In this document: positions 16,881-26,048 of the stretch, in pieces
Layout: each line of letters opens with the position of its first letter
Position numbering within the stretch: position 1 is the stretch's first letter
Source of the DNA: Escherichia phage slur07
Sequence record: NC_028780.1
DNA length: 64,000 nt
Direction: 5' to 3' (one strand)
Made by a program: the position numbers and the translations under genes
Notes under the pieces: generated by a model
Databases searched by the model: none
What the model was told of the DNA's origin: nothing
Seen by the model: only the letters and a program-made list of their open reading frames with translations

Positions 16881-18694
16881 CAATTGAAAAAGAAATTGAA
16901 GGATTGATTCATAAAACTAATAAAGACCTTTTAAACGAGAATGCTAATAAAGATTCTCGTGTTTTTCCAACTCAACGGGACCTTATGGCTGGTATTGTGT
17001 CTAAACACATTGCCAAAAATATGGTCCCGTCTTTTATTATGAAAGCGCATGAAAGCGGAATTATCCATTTCCACGATATTGATTATTCCCCTGCTCTTCC
17101 ATTTACTAATTGCTGTTTAGTAGATTTAAAAGGAATGCTTGAAAACGGATTTAAGCTAGGTAATGCACAGATTGAAACTCCTAAATCAATTGGCGTTGCT
17201 ACTGCAATTATGGCACAAATTACTGCACAGGTTGCTTCTCACCAATACGGCGGAACGACTTTTGCGAATGTAGATAAAGTACTTTCTCCTTATGTTAAAC
17301 GCACCTATGCAAAACATATTGAGGATGCAGAAAAATGGCAAATCGCCGATGCGTTGAATTATGCTCAATCTAAAACAGAAAAAGACGTATACGATGCATT
17401 CCAAGCTTATGAATATGAAGTAAATACTCTCTTTAGTTCAAACGGACAGACTCCTTTTGTAACAATTACATTTGGTACGGGAACTGACTGGACTGAACGA
17501 ATGATTCAGAAAGCAATTCTGAAAAATCGTATTAAAGGTCTTGGTCGTGATGGGATAACTCCTATTTTCCCTAAGCTTGTTATGTTCGTTGAAGAAGGTG
17601 TTAATCTTTATAAAGACGATCCGAACTATGATATTAAGCAGCTTGCTCTAGAGTGCGCAAGCAAAAGGATGTATCCTGATATTATTTCAGCTAAGAACAA
17701 TAAAGCTATCACTGGTTCATCTGTTCCTGTTTCTCCAATGGGTTGCCGTAGTTTCTTGAGCGTATGGAAAGATTCGACTGGTAATGAAATTCTTGATGGA
17801 CGTAATAATCTTGGTGTTGTAACATTGAATCTTCCTCGCATCGCGTTAGATTCTTATATTGGAACACAGTTCAATGAACAGAAATTTGTTGAATTGTTCA
17901 ATGAACGAATGGATTTGTGTTTTGAAGCTTTGATGTGTAGAATTAGTTCCTTAAAAGGAGTTAAAGCGACTGTTGCTCCTATTCTTTACCAAGAAGGTGC
18001 ATTCGGGGTTCGTCTTAAACCTGATGACGACATAATTGAGTTATTTAAAAACGGTAGAAGTTCAGTGTCTTTAGGATACATTGGTATTCACGAATTGAAT
18101 ATTCTTGTCGGTCGTGATATTGGACGAGAAATTTTAACTAAAATGAATGCTCATCTTAAACAGTGGACTGAAAGAACCGGATTTGCTTTTAGTTTATATT
18201 CGACTCCTGCTGAAAACCTTTGTTATCGCTTCTGTAAACTCGATACAGAAAAATATGGAAGCGTAAAAGATGTTACCGATAAAGGTTGGTACACTAACAG
18301 TTTCCATGTTTCAGTAGAAGAAAATATTACTCCGTTTGAAAAGATTTCCCGTGAAGCGCCATATCATTTCATTGCGACAGGTGGTCACATTTCTTATGTT
18401 GAACTTCCTGATATGAAAAATAACTTAAAAGGTCTTGAGGCCGTGTGGGATTATGCTGCACAACATTTAGATTATTTTGGTGTTAATATGCCAGTAGATA
18501 AATGTTTTACATGCGGAAGTACCCATGAAATGACTCCTACTGAAAACGGATTTGTTTGTTCTATTTGTGGAGAAACTGATCCTAAAAAGATGAATACCAT
18601 AAGAAGAACATGTGGTTATTTGGGAAATCCGAACGAACGCGGATTTAATCTCGGTAAAAATAAAGAAATCATGCATAGGGTTAAACACCAATGA
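16877..18694 (+). CDS. nrdD: anaerobic ribonucleoside-triphosphate reductase, intronless
   Basis: 605 aa; C-terminal Zn ribbon CFTCG...CSICGE and glycyl-radical motif RTCGYLGNP; uninterrupted ORF. Confidence 0.95.
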   Translation: MTIEKEIEGLIHKTNKDLLNENANKDSRVFPTQRDLMAGIVSKHIAKNMVPSFIMKAHESGIIHFHDIDYSPALPFTNCCLVDLKGMLENGFKLGNAQIETPKSIGVATAIMAQITAQVASHQYGGTTFANVDKVLSPYVKRTYAKHIEDAEKWQIADALNYAQSKTEKDVYDAFQAYEYEVNTLFSSNGQTPFVTITFGTGTDWTERMIQKAILKNRIKGLGRDGITPIFPKLVMFVEEGVNLYKDDPNYDIKQLALECASKRMYPDIISAKNNKAITGSSVPVSPMGCRSFLSVWKDSTGNEILDGRNNLGVVTLNLPRIALDSYIGTQFNEQKFVELFNERMDLCFEALMCRISSLKGVKATVAPILYQEGAFGVRLKPDDDIIELFKNGRSSVSLGYIGIHELNILVGRDIGREILTKMNAHLKQWTERTGFAFSLYSTPAENLCYRFCKLDTEKYGSVKDVTDKGWYTNSFHVSVEENITPFEKISREAPYHFIATGGHISYVELPDMKNNLKGLEAVWDYAAQHLDYFGVNMPVDKCFTCGSTHEMTPTENGFVCSICGETDPKKMNTIRRTCGYLGNPNERGFNLGKNKEIMHRVKHQ

Positions 18695-19161
18695 ATTATG
18701 ATAGATTTTATCCTTGCGATTTTGTTAATGGCCCTGGTTGCAGGGTTGTTCTTTTCGTTACAGGTTGTTTGCATAAATGCGAAGGGTGTTATAATAAATC
18801 AACATGGAATGCTAGAAATGGTATTCCATTTACTGGTGAAACACTAGAACAATTGATTGAATGTTTGAATAATGATTATATAGAAGGATTAACTATAACC
18901 GGAGGTGACCCTCTTTATCCTGATAACAGAGACGTGATTCACTCTGTGGTTCAAACAGTAAAAAATCTTTATCCCAATAAAAGCATTTGGTTGTGGACAG
19001 GATATAAGTTTGAAGATATTAAACAACTAGAAATGCTTAAATATGTTGATGTTATTATTGATGGGAAGTATGAGAAAAATCTTCCGACTAAAAAGCTGTG
19101 GCGAGGATCAGATAATCAGCGACTTTGGTCAAATACCGATGGGGTGTGGAAACATGATTAA
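18691..19161 (+). CDS. nrdG: anaerobic RNR activating enzyme (radical SAM)
   Basis: 156 aa; CLHKCEGC radical-SAM cluster motif; ATGA-coupled to nrdD. Confidence 0.9.
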   Translation: MNYDRFYPCDFVNGPGCRVVLFVTGCLHKCEGCYNKSTWNARNGIPFTGETLEQLIECLNNDYIEGLTITGGDPLYPDNRDVIHSVVQTVKNLYPNKSIWLWTGYKFEDIKQLEMLKYVDVIIDGKYEKNLPTKKLWRGSDNQRLWSNTDGVWKHD

Positions 19162-19276
19162 ATTGAATTATATTATGGACACTATAAATGATATGATTTT
19201 TCATTTTGGTCCAGAATTTTATTCGCAATATAGTTTAGTGCTTATCAATGCTTGGTTAATCAATTAAGGGTAAAAT

Positions 19277-19489
19277 ATGTATAAATTTCGTAAAGGTTTA
19301 GCTGATTTTCTTACAACTGTAACGTTCTTTCTGTTTATGGCAGTTGGAGCTATTTTTCTTATTCCTTTTATTGTTGTATTTTTCGTGATTAGTTTAATTT
19401 CTCCAGAAAAGGGCTTATCTTCTAGTGAGTTCAATGAGCGTCTGGATAAAATTACTAACAAGCTGAATGCTGCTCTTAGTAAGGAATAG
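19277..19489 (+). CDS. small membrane protein
   Basis: 70 aa; one long hydrophobic segment (TVTFFLFMAVGAIFLIPFIVVFFVISLI). Confidence 0.45.
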   Translation: MYKFRKGLADFLTTVTFFLFMAVGAIFLIPFIVVFFVISLISPEKGLSSSEFNERLDKITNKLNAALSKE

Positions 19490-19491
19490 TT

Positions 19492-19800
19492 GTGAAACAA
19501 AATAAGATTGAAGTCTATGGAATTCCAGATGAAGTAGGTCGTTGTCCTGGATGTCAATCAGTTACAAAACTTCTAAAGGAGCTCAATGCTCCTTTTACTT
19601 TCTATAAAGTTCTTACAAATAATGGTAAGATTGAGTATGATCGTCCACTGATTGTATCTCTTGCTAAACGCGCTGGATTCACATCTCTTAACATTCGTTA
19701 TCCAGTCATTTTCATTAATGATTCTAGACAAAAGAACATTAAACACTTCAAAGAAACTCTCATTTCACTTGGATATGATAGAGATATCATAGAAGATTAA
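19492..19800 (+). CDS. nrdH: glutaredoxin-like protein (NrdH-like)
   Basis: 102 aa; GTG start; CPGC CxxC motif; position after nrdG. Confidence 0.6.
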   Translation: MKQNKIEVYGIPDEVGRCPGCQSVTKLLKELNAPFTFYKVLTNNGKIEYDRPLIVSLAKRAGFTSLNIRYPVIFINDSRQKNIKHFKETLISLGYDRDIIED

Positions 19801-19804
19801 GACG

Positions 19805-19825
19805 GGCCCTCTGGGCCTTTCTTTC
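19805..19825 (+). terminator. putative rho-independent terminator
   Basis: ggccc-tct-gggcc hairpin followed by T-rich tract. Confidence 0.5.
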
Positions 19826-19898
19826 TCACATTCTGTATATTACCATTCTAAGCTATCGTTCCTTTCTTATCATTCCCTAAAATATTTTTCACAAAGTT

Positions 19899-19928
19899 GT
19901 TTACAACAAGTTCAAACCGTGGTATTAT
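19899..19928 (+). promoter_or_regulatory. T4-type early promoter
   Basis: GTTTAC 19899-19904, 18 nt, TGGTATTAT (-10 19923-19928). Confidence 0.65.
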
Positions 19929-19958
19929 TAACATATGAATTGCCTTTGAGGAATTGAT

Positions 19959-20141
19959 ATGGTTATGATTGATAAAGAAATTAAAAGGGGACAGTATTAT
20001 CTTATTAATGGTAATGCTGTTCGCGTTACTCATGTAAATAGTTTTGAAGTTTGCTATATTATACTCAAGTTACATAAACGCATGATTTGCGATCGTGCTG
20101 CATTTAGTTCAGTTGCTAAGGAAATTAAACTCCATGGGTAA
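19959..20141 (+). CDS. hypothetical protein
   Basis: 60 aa; SD gagg 8 nt upstream. Confidence 0.4.
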   Translation: MVMIDKEIKRGQYYLINGNAVRVTHVNSFEVCYIILKLHKRMICDRAAFSSVAKEIKLHG

Positions 20142-20427
20142 AACGTATCGTCGTAAAGACTTGAAAGTGCGTGATTATGACTATTTCGGAAAGCGTAAAG
20201 CTCCTGACGGTGTAAGTCATAAAGATATGGTTGAAAACATTTTTCGCTCAGATAAATGGCGTAGAATGAAAGGTATTGATTCAGAAGTTAAAGATGAGTT
20301 AAATCGTCAATTACGCGGTGAAGTAAGAAAGTTGAAAAAATCAGTTTACATTGACGATGATTTTGATTATAATACTTCTCAACGAGTTGCTAAACGTAAA
20401 TCAAACGAGTGTTATCGTTACAGCTGA
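20134..20427 (+). CDS. hypothetical basic protein
   Basis: 97 aa from ATG 20134; Lys/Arg-rich. Confidence 0.4.
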   Translation: MGKTYRRKDLKVRDYDYFGKRKAPDGVSHKDMVENIFRSDKWRRMKGIDSEVKDELNRQLRGEVRKLKKSVYIDDDFDYNTSQRVAKRKSNECYRYS

Positions 20428-20566
20428 GGAAAATATGAATATCAAACGCATGCTTTTTAAGCAAGGGCTATACACTTTAAATGTTACTCCAAAGGGTGAT
20501 ACAACTAAGTGGTCAGTAAATGACTGGATTAAATTTATTGATGAAAACGGTAATTGGGAAATTTAA

Positions 20567-20767
20567 ATGAATCCTGAATCTAAATTATCGCAGCGAATTG
20601 CCGAAGCTCGTCGTCAGTTCTTTGAAAATATGATAGCACAAGGTATTGATGACGAAGTTTTTCTAAACTGGTTTTGGAATCACAAATATTCAAGTTGCTC
20701 AGGAGCAATATTAATATCAGCCGCAATGATGTATGAAGGCTGGAAGGGTGCCAAAAAGTTTAGCTAA
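20567..20767 (+). CDS. hypothetical protein
   Basis: 66 aa; followed by terminator. Confidence 0.4.
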   Translation: MNPESKLSQRIAEARRQFFENMIAQGIDDEVFLNWFWNHKYSSCSGAILISAAMMYEGWKGAKKFS

Positions 20768-20784
20768 GGGCTTCGGCCCTTTTT
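20768..20784 (+). terminator. rho-independent terminator
   Basis: GGGCTTCGGCCC (UUCG tetraloop) followed by T5. Confidence 0.8.
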
Positions 20785-20819
20785 GGATAATAAAATTTTA
20801 ACGTAATTGAGGATAATGT

Positions 20820-21146
20820 ATGACTATTCAAATTAAAAACGTCATTAATTCTTACGCATATGATAAAGTAGTTTCTTTGCTAGAAAAAGGCGATATTGTA
20901 ACTCCTCAAATTTTGGATAAATGGGAAAAAGAGCTTCATCAGACGATGAAACAGAATGATCAGAAGATTGGACGCAATACTGTCCGTGAATTGTTGGTTC
21001 AATATATCTTGTCAGAATTTGATGTTAAAGCTTTTGGTGTAGAATCTAAAGCTTATCAAAAGCATGAAATTTCCGATAAAACTATTCGTCGCATGAAAAA
21101 TCAACGCAAGAAAAAATTTGCAGACCTGAAAATTACTAAGGTATAA
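20820..21146 (+). CDS. hypothetical protein
   Basis: 108 aa ORF. Confidence 0.45.
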   Translation: MTIQIKNVINSYAYDKVVSLLEKGDIVTPQILDKWEKELHQTMKQNDQKIGRNTVRELLVQYILSEFDVKAFGVESKAYQKHEISDKTIRRMKNQRKKKFADLKITKV

Positions 21147-21148
21147 TT

Positions 21149-21364
21149 ATGAACGAAGCTCTTATTAACGATTTGCGTCTTGCCGGATATGAAGTAAATA
21201 CAAACGGCAATGGTTTAACTCAAATTGAAGGAAATGGATTCATCCTTGAGTATGAATTTAGCCAATGGTGGTTATATGGCAATTATGGCGAATTGATTGA
21301 ATATGTTGACCAATTTGATTCACTAGATGCAGCTCTTGAAGCGGCTAAGTTGATGAATGTATGA
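21149..21364 (+). CDS. hypothetical protein
   Basis: 71 aa ORF. Confidence 0.4.
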   Translation: MNEALINDLRLAGYEVNTNGNGLTQIEGNGFILEYEFSQWWLYGNYGELIEYVDQFDSLDAALEAAKLMNV

Positions 21365-21630
21365 AATTTATTAATATTTCTATTACTATTGAAAATTATG
21401 GCATTTTCTATGTTGACCAATACATGAAAATTTCATTTTTCCCAAATAAAACTGGTGTTGGATATTGGGAAAGTCATGTTTCTGAATTAAATGAAAGTGA
21501 ATATGTTAGTACACATGAAAAGTTTTTAGACTTTTTATATCATGCTGATTTAACTAGTCATTATATAGATATTCATGAATTTAAAAAGATGATGGAAAAA
21601 GTATTCCAAGCATACTGTTTACTTAGATAA
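21361..21630 (+). CDS. hypothetical protein
   Basis: 89 aa; ATGA-coupled. Confidence 0.4.
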   Translation: MKFINISITIENYGIFYVDQYMKISFFPNKTGVGYWESHVSELNESEYVSTHEKFLDFLYHADLTSHYIDIHEFKKMMEKVFQAYCLLR

Positions 21631-21708
21631 CTGATATCCTCTATGCTTTAAGATAGATCTTCAAATATTATGATATAATAGATCTATGAATTGAGCTAAG
21701 AGGTGAAA

Positions 21709-22266
21709 ATGTCAGAAACTAAGCCTAAATATAATTACGTAAACAATAAAGAGCTTTTACAAGCTATTATTGATTGGAAAACAGAATTAGCAAATAATAA
21801 AGACCCAAATAAAGTAGTTCGTCAGAATGATACTATCGGATTAGCCATTATGCTTATTGCAGAAGGCTTATCTAAACGTTTCAACTTTTCAGGATACACC
21901 CAGTCTTGGAAACAAGAAATGATTGCAGATGGTATAGAAGCTTCTATTAAGGGGCTTCACAATTTTGATGAAACGAAATATAAAAACCCGCATGCGTATA
22001 TAACTCAAGCTTGTTTTAATGCATTCGTCCAACGTATTAAAAAAGAACGTAAGGAAGTTGCAAAGAAATATAGTTACTTCGTTCACAATGTCTATGACAG
22101 TCGTGACGACGATATGGTTGCGTTAGTAGATGAAACTTTTATTCAAGACATCTACGATAAAATGACGCATTACGAAGAATCAACCTATAGAACACCGGGG
22201 GCTGAAAAGAAAAGTGTTGTAGACGATTCTCCTAGTTTGGATTTTTTATATGAGGCTAACGATTAA
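21709..22266 (+). CDS. 55: late-transcription sigma factor gp55
   Basis: 185 aa from ATG 21709 ([23 protein letters not shown]...), matching T4 gp55 N-terminus and length; MotA-box TGCTTTA at 21644-21650 upstream. Confidence 0.9.
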
Positions 22267-22468
22267 CCTCTCCGGATTCTTGGAAGAAATACCTGAAGTT
22301 GAAGCTATTCCCTATTTACTTAAAATGTATCTCAGGGAAGTTTTAGCTCTTGACATTGATATTGATCCAGAAAATCCGTATGATACCGCTTTTAAATCTA
22401 ATGGTGTAGAATTAAATTACAGGTATCATTTAACAGATGATGATTTTTATTTTATATTAGAGAAATAA
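22250..22468 (+). CDS. hypothetical protein
   Basis: 72 aa; overlaps 3' end of gene 55. Confidence 0.4.
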
Positions 22469-22469
22469 T

Positions 22470-22787
22470 ATGACTGATAAACCCGAAATTAATGATGAAG
22501 TGGAAAAGCTTATTTCTTCTATTGAAGAAAAGAACCGTCTTGAAGCAGAAAGAAAAGCAAATAAGTTATTGTCTAAAAACAAACGCGAACTGAATCGTCT
22601 TTATAAGCACGCTCAGACTGCAGCTGAAAACAATAATTTTGCTCAATACGAATATGCTATCAAGAAAAGTCGGGATATTCTAAAACAGCCATATAACGAT
22701 GAACTCATCAGTATTCTTTGGAAGACTACTAGATCGCAAATTGAGGATATGATTGATGCTTACACACGTAAAATTCAAGCGTCTTAA
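22470..22787 (+). CDS. hypothetical protein
   Basis: 105 aa ORF. Confidence 0.4.
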   Translation: MTDKPEINDEVEKLISSIEEKNRLEAERKANKLLSKNKRELNRLYKHAQTAAENNNFAQYEYAIKKSRDILKQPYNDELISILWKTTRSQIEDMIDAYTRKIQAS

Positions 22788-22959
22788 AATTAATGCAGGA
22801 TTTACTGAATCTTTGAATGGTCATCTTTGTGTGAAAATTTCTGAAAAAGAATACCATGATAGTTCAATTAAAGAAGTTAATCCTCCTATTGTAAGAGCAG
22901 ACCCTAATATGAAAGTGTGGGTTGATTCTTATCAAGTCAAAAAATGGTGGCAGTTATGA
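22753..22959 (+). CDS. hypothetical protein
   Basis: 68 aa ORF; start uncertain. Confidence 0.3.
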   Translation: MMLTHVKFKRLKINAGFTESLNGHLCVKISEKEYHDSSIKEVNPPIVRADPNMKVWVDSYQVKKWWQL

Positions 22960-23154
22960 AAGATGAACACCCAGACTTCTGAAATAGATTATAATAAAAT
23001 TCGTTCCTCTAAAGAGGAAATGATGAGACTCTTTAAAGCGTCTCATGATAAAGCTAAAGCAGAAGGAACTATAAAATATAAGCGCATAAAATTTAAAAGT
23101 TCTAACGAGCCTCTGTATGGCGTATTATGTGGATAGGAGCTTCGGCTCCTATAT

Positions 23155-23179
23155 TGCTTTATAAATTTTTGGTAAAATA
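23155..23179 (+). promoter_or_regulatory. putative MotA-dependent middle promoter for agt
   Basis: TGCTTTA MotA box 23155-23161, about 11-12 nt spacer, TAAAAT -10-like. Confidence 0.5.
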
Positions 23180-23202
23180 AACCAAAACAAAGAGGATATT
23201 AA

Positions 23203-24405
23203 ATGAAAGTATGTATTTTTATGGCTCGAGGTCTTGAAGGTTGTGGTGTAACTAAATTTTCTCTTGAGCAACGTGATTGGTTTATTAAGAATGGTCATGA
23301 AGTAACTTTGGTTTATGCTAAAGATAAATCATTTACTCGTAATTGCGCGCATGATTATAAATCATTTTCAATTCCGGTTTTATTGGCAAAAGAATATGAT
23401 AAAACACTTAAGCTGGTAAATGATTGTGATATTCTAATTATCAATTCAGTTCCTGCTACTTCGGTTGAAGAAGACACTATTAATAACTATAAAAAAATTA
23501 TTGATAACATTAAACCTTCTGTTCGTGTTGTAGTTTATCAACATGACCATTCTTCTCTTTCTTTGCGCCGAAATTTGGGATTAGAAGAAACTGTTCGTCG
23601 AGCTGATGTTATTTTTAGCCATTCTGATAATGGTGATTTTAATAAAGTTCTGATGAAAGAATGGTATCCTGAAACAGTTTCTCTGTTTGATGATATTGAA
23701 GAAGCACCGACAGTATATAACTTTCAGCCTCCTATGGATATTGCGAAGGTTCGGTCAACCTACTGGAAAGATGTTTCTGAAATTAACATGAATATCAACC
23801 GTTGGATTGGTCGTACGACTACATGGAAAGGTTTTTATCAGATGTTTGATTTTCATGAAAAACATCTTAAACCTGCAGGACTAAGTACTATTATGGAAGG
23901 TCTGGAACGTTCTCCAGCGTTCATTCCTATTAAAGAAAAAGGAATTCCATACGAGTATTATCGTCTTCATCAAGTAGACCAAATTAAAATTGCTCCTAAT
24001 TTGCCAACGCAAATTCTTGACCGTTATGTAAATAGCGAAATGCTTGAACGTATGAGTAAATCCGGTTTTGGTTATCAGTTGAGTAAGTTGGATAAAAAAT
24101 ATCTACAACGTTCTTTAGAATATACTCATCTCGAGCTTGGTGCATGTGGAACAATTCCGGTATTTTGGAAATCTACTGGCGAAAATTTAAAATTCCGTGT
24201 TGATAATACTCCTTTGACCTCGCATGATAGCGGTATCATTTGGTTTGATGAAAATGACATGGAATCAACATTTGAACGTATTAAAGAACTGTCATCTGAC
24301 CGAACTCTTTATGACCGCGAACGCGAAAAAGCTTATGAATTTTTGTATCAGCATCAAGATTCAAGCTTCTGCTTTAAAGAACAGTTTGACATTATTACAA
24401 AATAA
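23203..24405 (+). CDS. agt: DNA alpha-glucosyltransferase
   Basis: 400 aa, same length as T4 alpha-gt; N-terminus MKVCIFMARGLEGCGVTKF...; position between 55 and 47. Confidence 0.85.
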   Translation: MKVCIFMARGLEGCGVTKFSLEQRDWFIKNGHEVTLVYAKDKSFTRNCAHDYKSFSIPVLLAKEYDKTLKLVNDCDILIINSVPATSVEEDTINNYKKIIDNIKPSVRVVVYQHDHSSLSLRRNLGLEETVRRADVIFSHSDNGDFNKVLMKEWYPETVSLFDDIEEAPTVYNFQPPMDIAKVRSTYWKDVSEINMNINRWIGRTTTWKGFYQMFDFHEKHLKPAGLSTIMEGLERSPAFIPIKEKGIPYEYYRLHQVDQIKIAPNLPTQILDRYVNSEMLERMSKSGFGYQLSKLDKKYLQRSLEYTHLELGACGTIPVFWKSTGENLKFRVDNTPLTSHDSGIIWFDENDMESTFERIKELSSDRTLYDREREKAYEFLYQHQDSSFCFKEQFDIITK

Positions 24406-24406
24406 A

Positions 24407-24420
24407 GGGCTTCGGCCCTT
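24407..24420 (+). terminator. rho-independent terminator
   Basis: GGGCTTCGGCCC hairpin followed by TTTAGCTTT. Confidence 0.6.
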
Positions 24421-24421
24421 T

Positions 24422-24446
24422 AGCTTTATACGGAGTTTGATATAAT
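24422..24446 (+). promoter_or_regulatory. putative MotA-dependent middle promoter for gene 47
   Basis: aGCTTTA 24422-24428, 12 nt, TATAAT 24441-24446. Confidence 0.55.
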
Positions 24447-24585
24447 GATATTTCTTGGATATGTGATACTTTTTCTTGCATTTTATCTATTCACTAGAGC
24501 ATGTTGGATTGGGTTCTTTAGCACGCCAGATGGGTTTATTTCAATAATTTTATTTTGCATTTCAATGACGGTTCTTGATATATGA
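24445..24585 (+). CDS. hypothetical small membrane protein
   Basis: 46 aa hydrophobic ORF not in track; ATGA-coupled to gene 47; its start overlaps the -10 of the middle promoter. Confidence 0.3.
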   Translation: MIFLGYVILFLAFYLFTRACWIGFFSTPDGFISIILFCISMTVLDI

Positions 24586-25601
24586 AAATTTTAAATTTAG
24601 GTGATTGGCATTTAGGCGTTAAAGCCGATGATGAGTGGGTTCAATCCATTCAGTTGGATGGAATTAAACAAGCAATAGAATATTCTAAGAAAAATGGAAT
24701 TACTACATGGATTCAATACGGCGATATTTTTGATGTGCGAAAAGCAATCACGCATAAAACTATGGAGTTCGCTCGTGAAATAGTTCAAATGCTTGATGAT
24801 GCTGGTATTACCCTACATACTGTTGTAGGAAACCATGATATGCACTTTAAAAATACTTTAACTCCAAATGCCTCTACTGAGCTTTTGGCTAAATATCCTA
24901 ATGTTAAAGTATATGATAAGCCTACTACAGTAGATTTTGACGGATGTTTAATTGATTTAATTCCTTGGATGTGTGAAGAAAATACTGGTGAAATTCTTGA
25001 GCACATCAAAACTTCATCTGCTTCTTTTTGTGTTGGTCACTGGGAACTGAATGGATTTTATTTTTATAAAGGAATGAAATCTCACGGTCTTGAACCTGAT
25101 TTCCTTAAGACTTATAAAGAAGTGTGGTCTGGTCACTTCCATACTATCTCTGAGGCTGCTAACGTCAGATATATTGGGACACCATGGACACTAACTGCAG
25201 GTGACGAGAATGACCCTCGCGGGTTCTGGATGTTTGATACAGAAACAGAACGAATGGAATTTATTCCAAACAATACTACCTGGCATCGTAGAATTCATTA
25301 TCCATTTAAAGGAAAAATTGACTATAAAGATTTTACAAATCTATCAGTACGTGTTATAGTAACTGAAGTAGACAAAAATCTAACGAAGTTCGAATCTGAA
25401 CTAGAAAAAGTTGTGCATTCATTACGAGTTGTGTCAAAAATTGATAACTCTGTCGAGTCAGATGAAAGTGAAGAAGTTGAAGTTCAATCTCTTCAGACGT
25501 TGATGGAAGAATACATTAATGCAATTCCAGACATCACTGATTCTGACCGTGAAGCACTTATTCAATATGCGAATCAGCTATATGTAGAGGCAACACAATG
25601 A
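24582..25601 (+). CDS. 47: recombination nuclease subunit gp47 (Mre11-like)
   Basis: 339 aa; calcineurin-like phosphoesterase motifs (LGDWHLG, GNHD, GHWE..GH.H). Confidence 0.9.
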   Translation: MKILNLGDWHLGVKADDEWVQSIQLDGIKQAIEYSKKNGITTWIQYGDIFDVRKAITHKTMEFAREIVQMLDDAGITLHTVVGNHDMHFKNTLTPNASTELLAKYPNVKVYDKPTTVDFDGCLIDLIPWMCEENTGEILEHIKTSSASFCVGHWELNGFYFYKGMKSHGLEPDFLKTYKEVWSGHFHTISEAANVRYIGTPWTLTAGDENDPRGFWMFDTETERMEFIPNNTTWHRRIHYPFKGKIDYKDFTNLSVRVIVTEVDKNLTKFESELEKVVHSLRVVSKIDNSVESDESEEVEVQSLQTLMEEYINAIPDITDSDREALIQYANQLYVEATQ

Positions 25602-25861
25602 CTTTTGATGAATTTAAAAATGTTATGATGAGTCAGCATTTTGAATGCGAAGTAAAAGATGATATTGGGCATAAAGAAATTATTGAATATTGGTTTGAAC
25701 CGTTAGAGGTTGAAGATAATTGTATTAAAAAGGTTACAGTCTGCACTGACTGGGCTGTATCTTTTAACTTCAACATTTTAGATAATGACACACCTAAATC
25801 ATTACAAGATATGGCTGTATCTTGTATTAAGGATGCATACTGTGAAGTTTTCGACATTTGA
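25598..25861 (+). CDS. hypothetical protein (46.x position)
   Basis: 87 aa; ATGA-coupled to gene 47. Confidence 0.45.
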   Translation: MTFDEFKNVMMSQHFECEVKDDIGHKEIIEYWFEPLEVEDNCIKKVTVCTDWAVSFNFNILDNDTPKSLQDMAVSCIKDAYCEVFDI

Positions 25862-26048
25862 CATTAATGATGAATTCATAGCAAACATTGATTATACCGA
25901 AGAAGATTCTAGATATGTTGGAATAATTTACATTACATCAAAAACAGCACAAGGCGTTGTTTGCATGGCTGAATTTGACGAATACTTTTTAGATTATGAT
26001 GATATGATAGAATGGTCTAAAAGATACATTAAAAGGAATCTTTTGTGA
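25833..26048 (+). CDS. hypothetical protein (46.x position)
   Basis: about 71 aa; start uncertain (track ORF 25785..26048). Confidence 0.35.
   Translation: MHTVKFSTFDINDEFIANIDYTEEDSRYVGIIYITSKTAQGVVCMAEFDEYFLDYDDMIEWSKRYIKRNLL

Noticed and set aside
21617-21679. Unambiguous promoter assignment upstream of gene 55
   Set aside because: A perfect MotA box (21644-21650) and a TATAAT (21674-21679) are present but 23 nt apart, and a GTTTAC (21617-21622) lacks a matching -10. The elements are noted but the promoter class cannot be settled from sequence alone.
24445-24585. Higher confidence for the 46-aa hydrophobic ORF upstream of gene 47
   Set aside because: Its start codon overlaps the -10 of the middle promoter, so it could only be translated from read-through transcripts. 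It is kept as a low-confidence feature.
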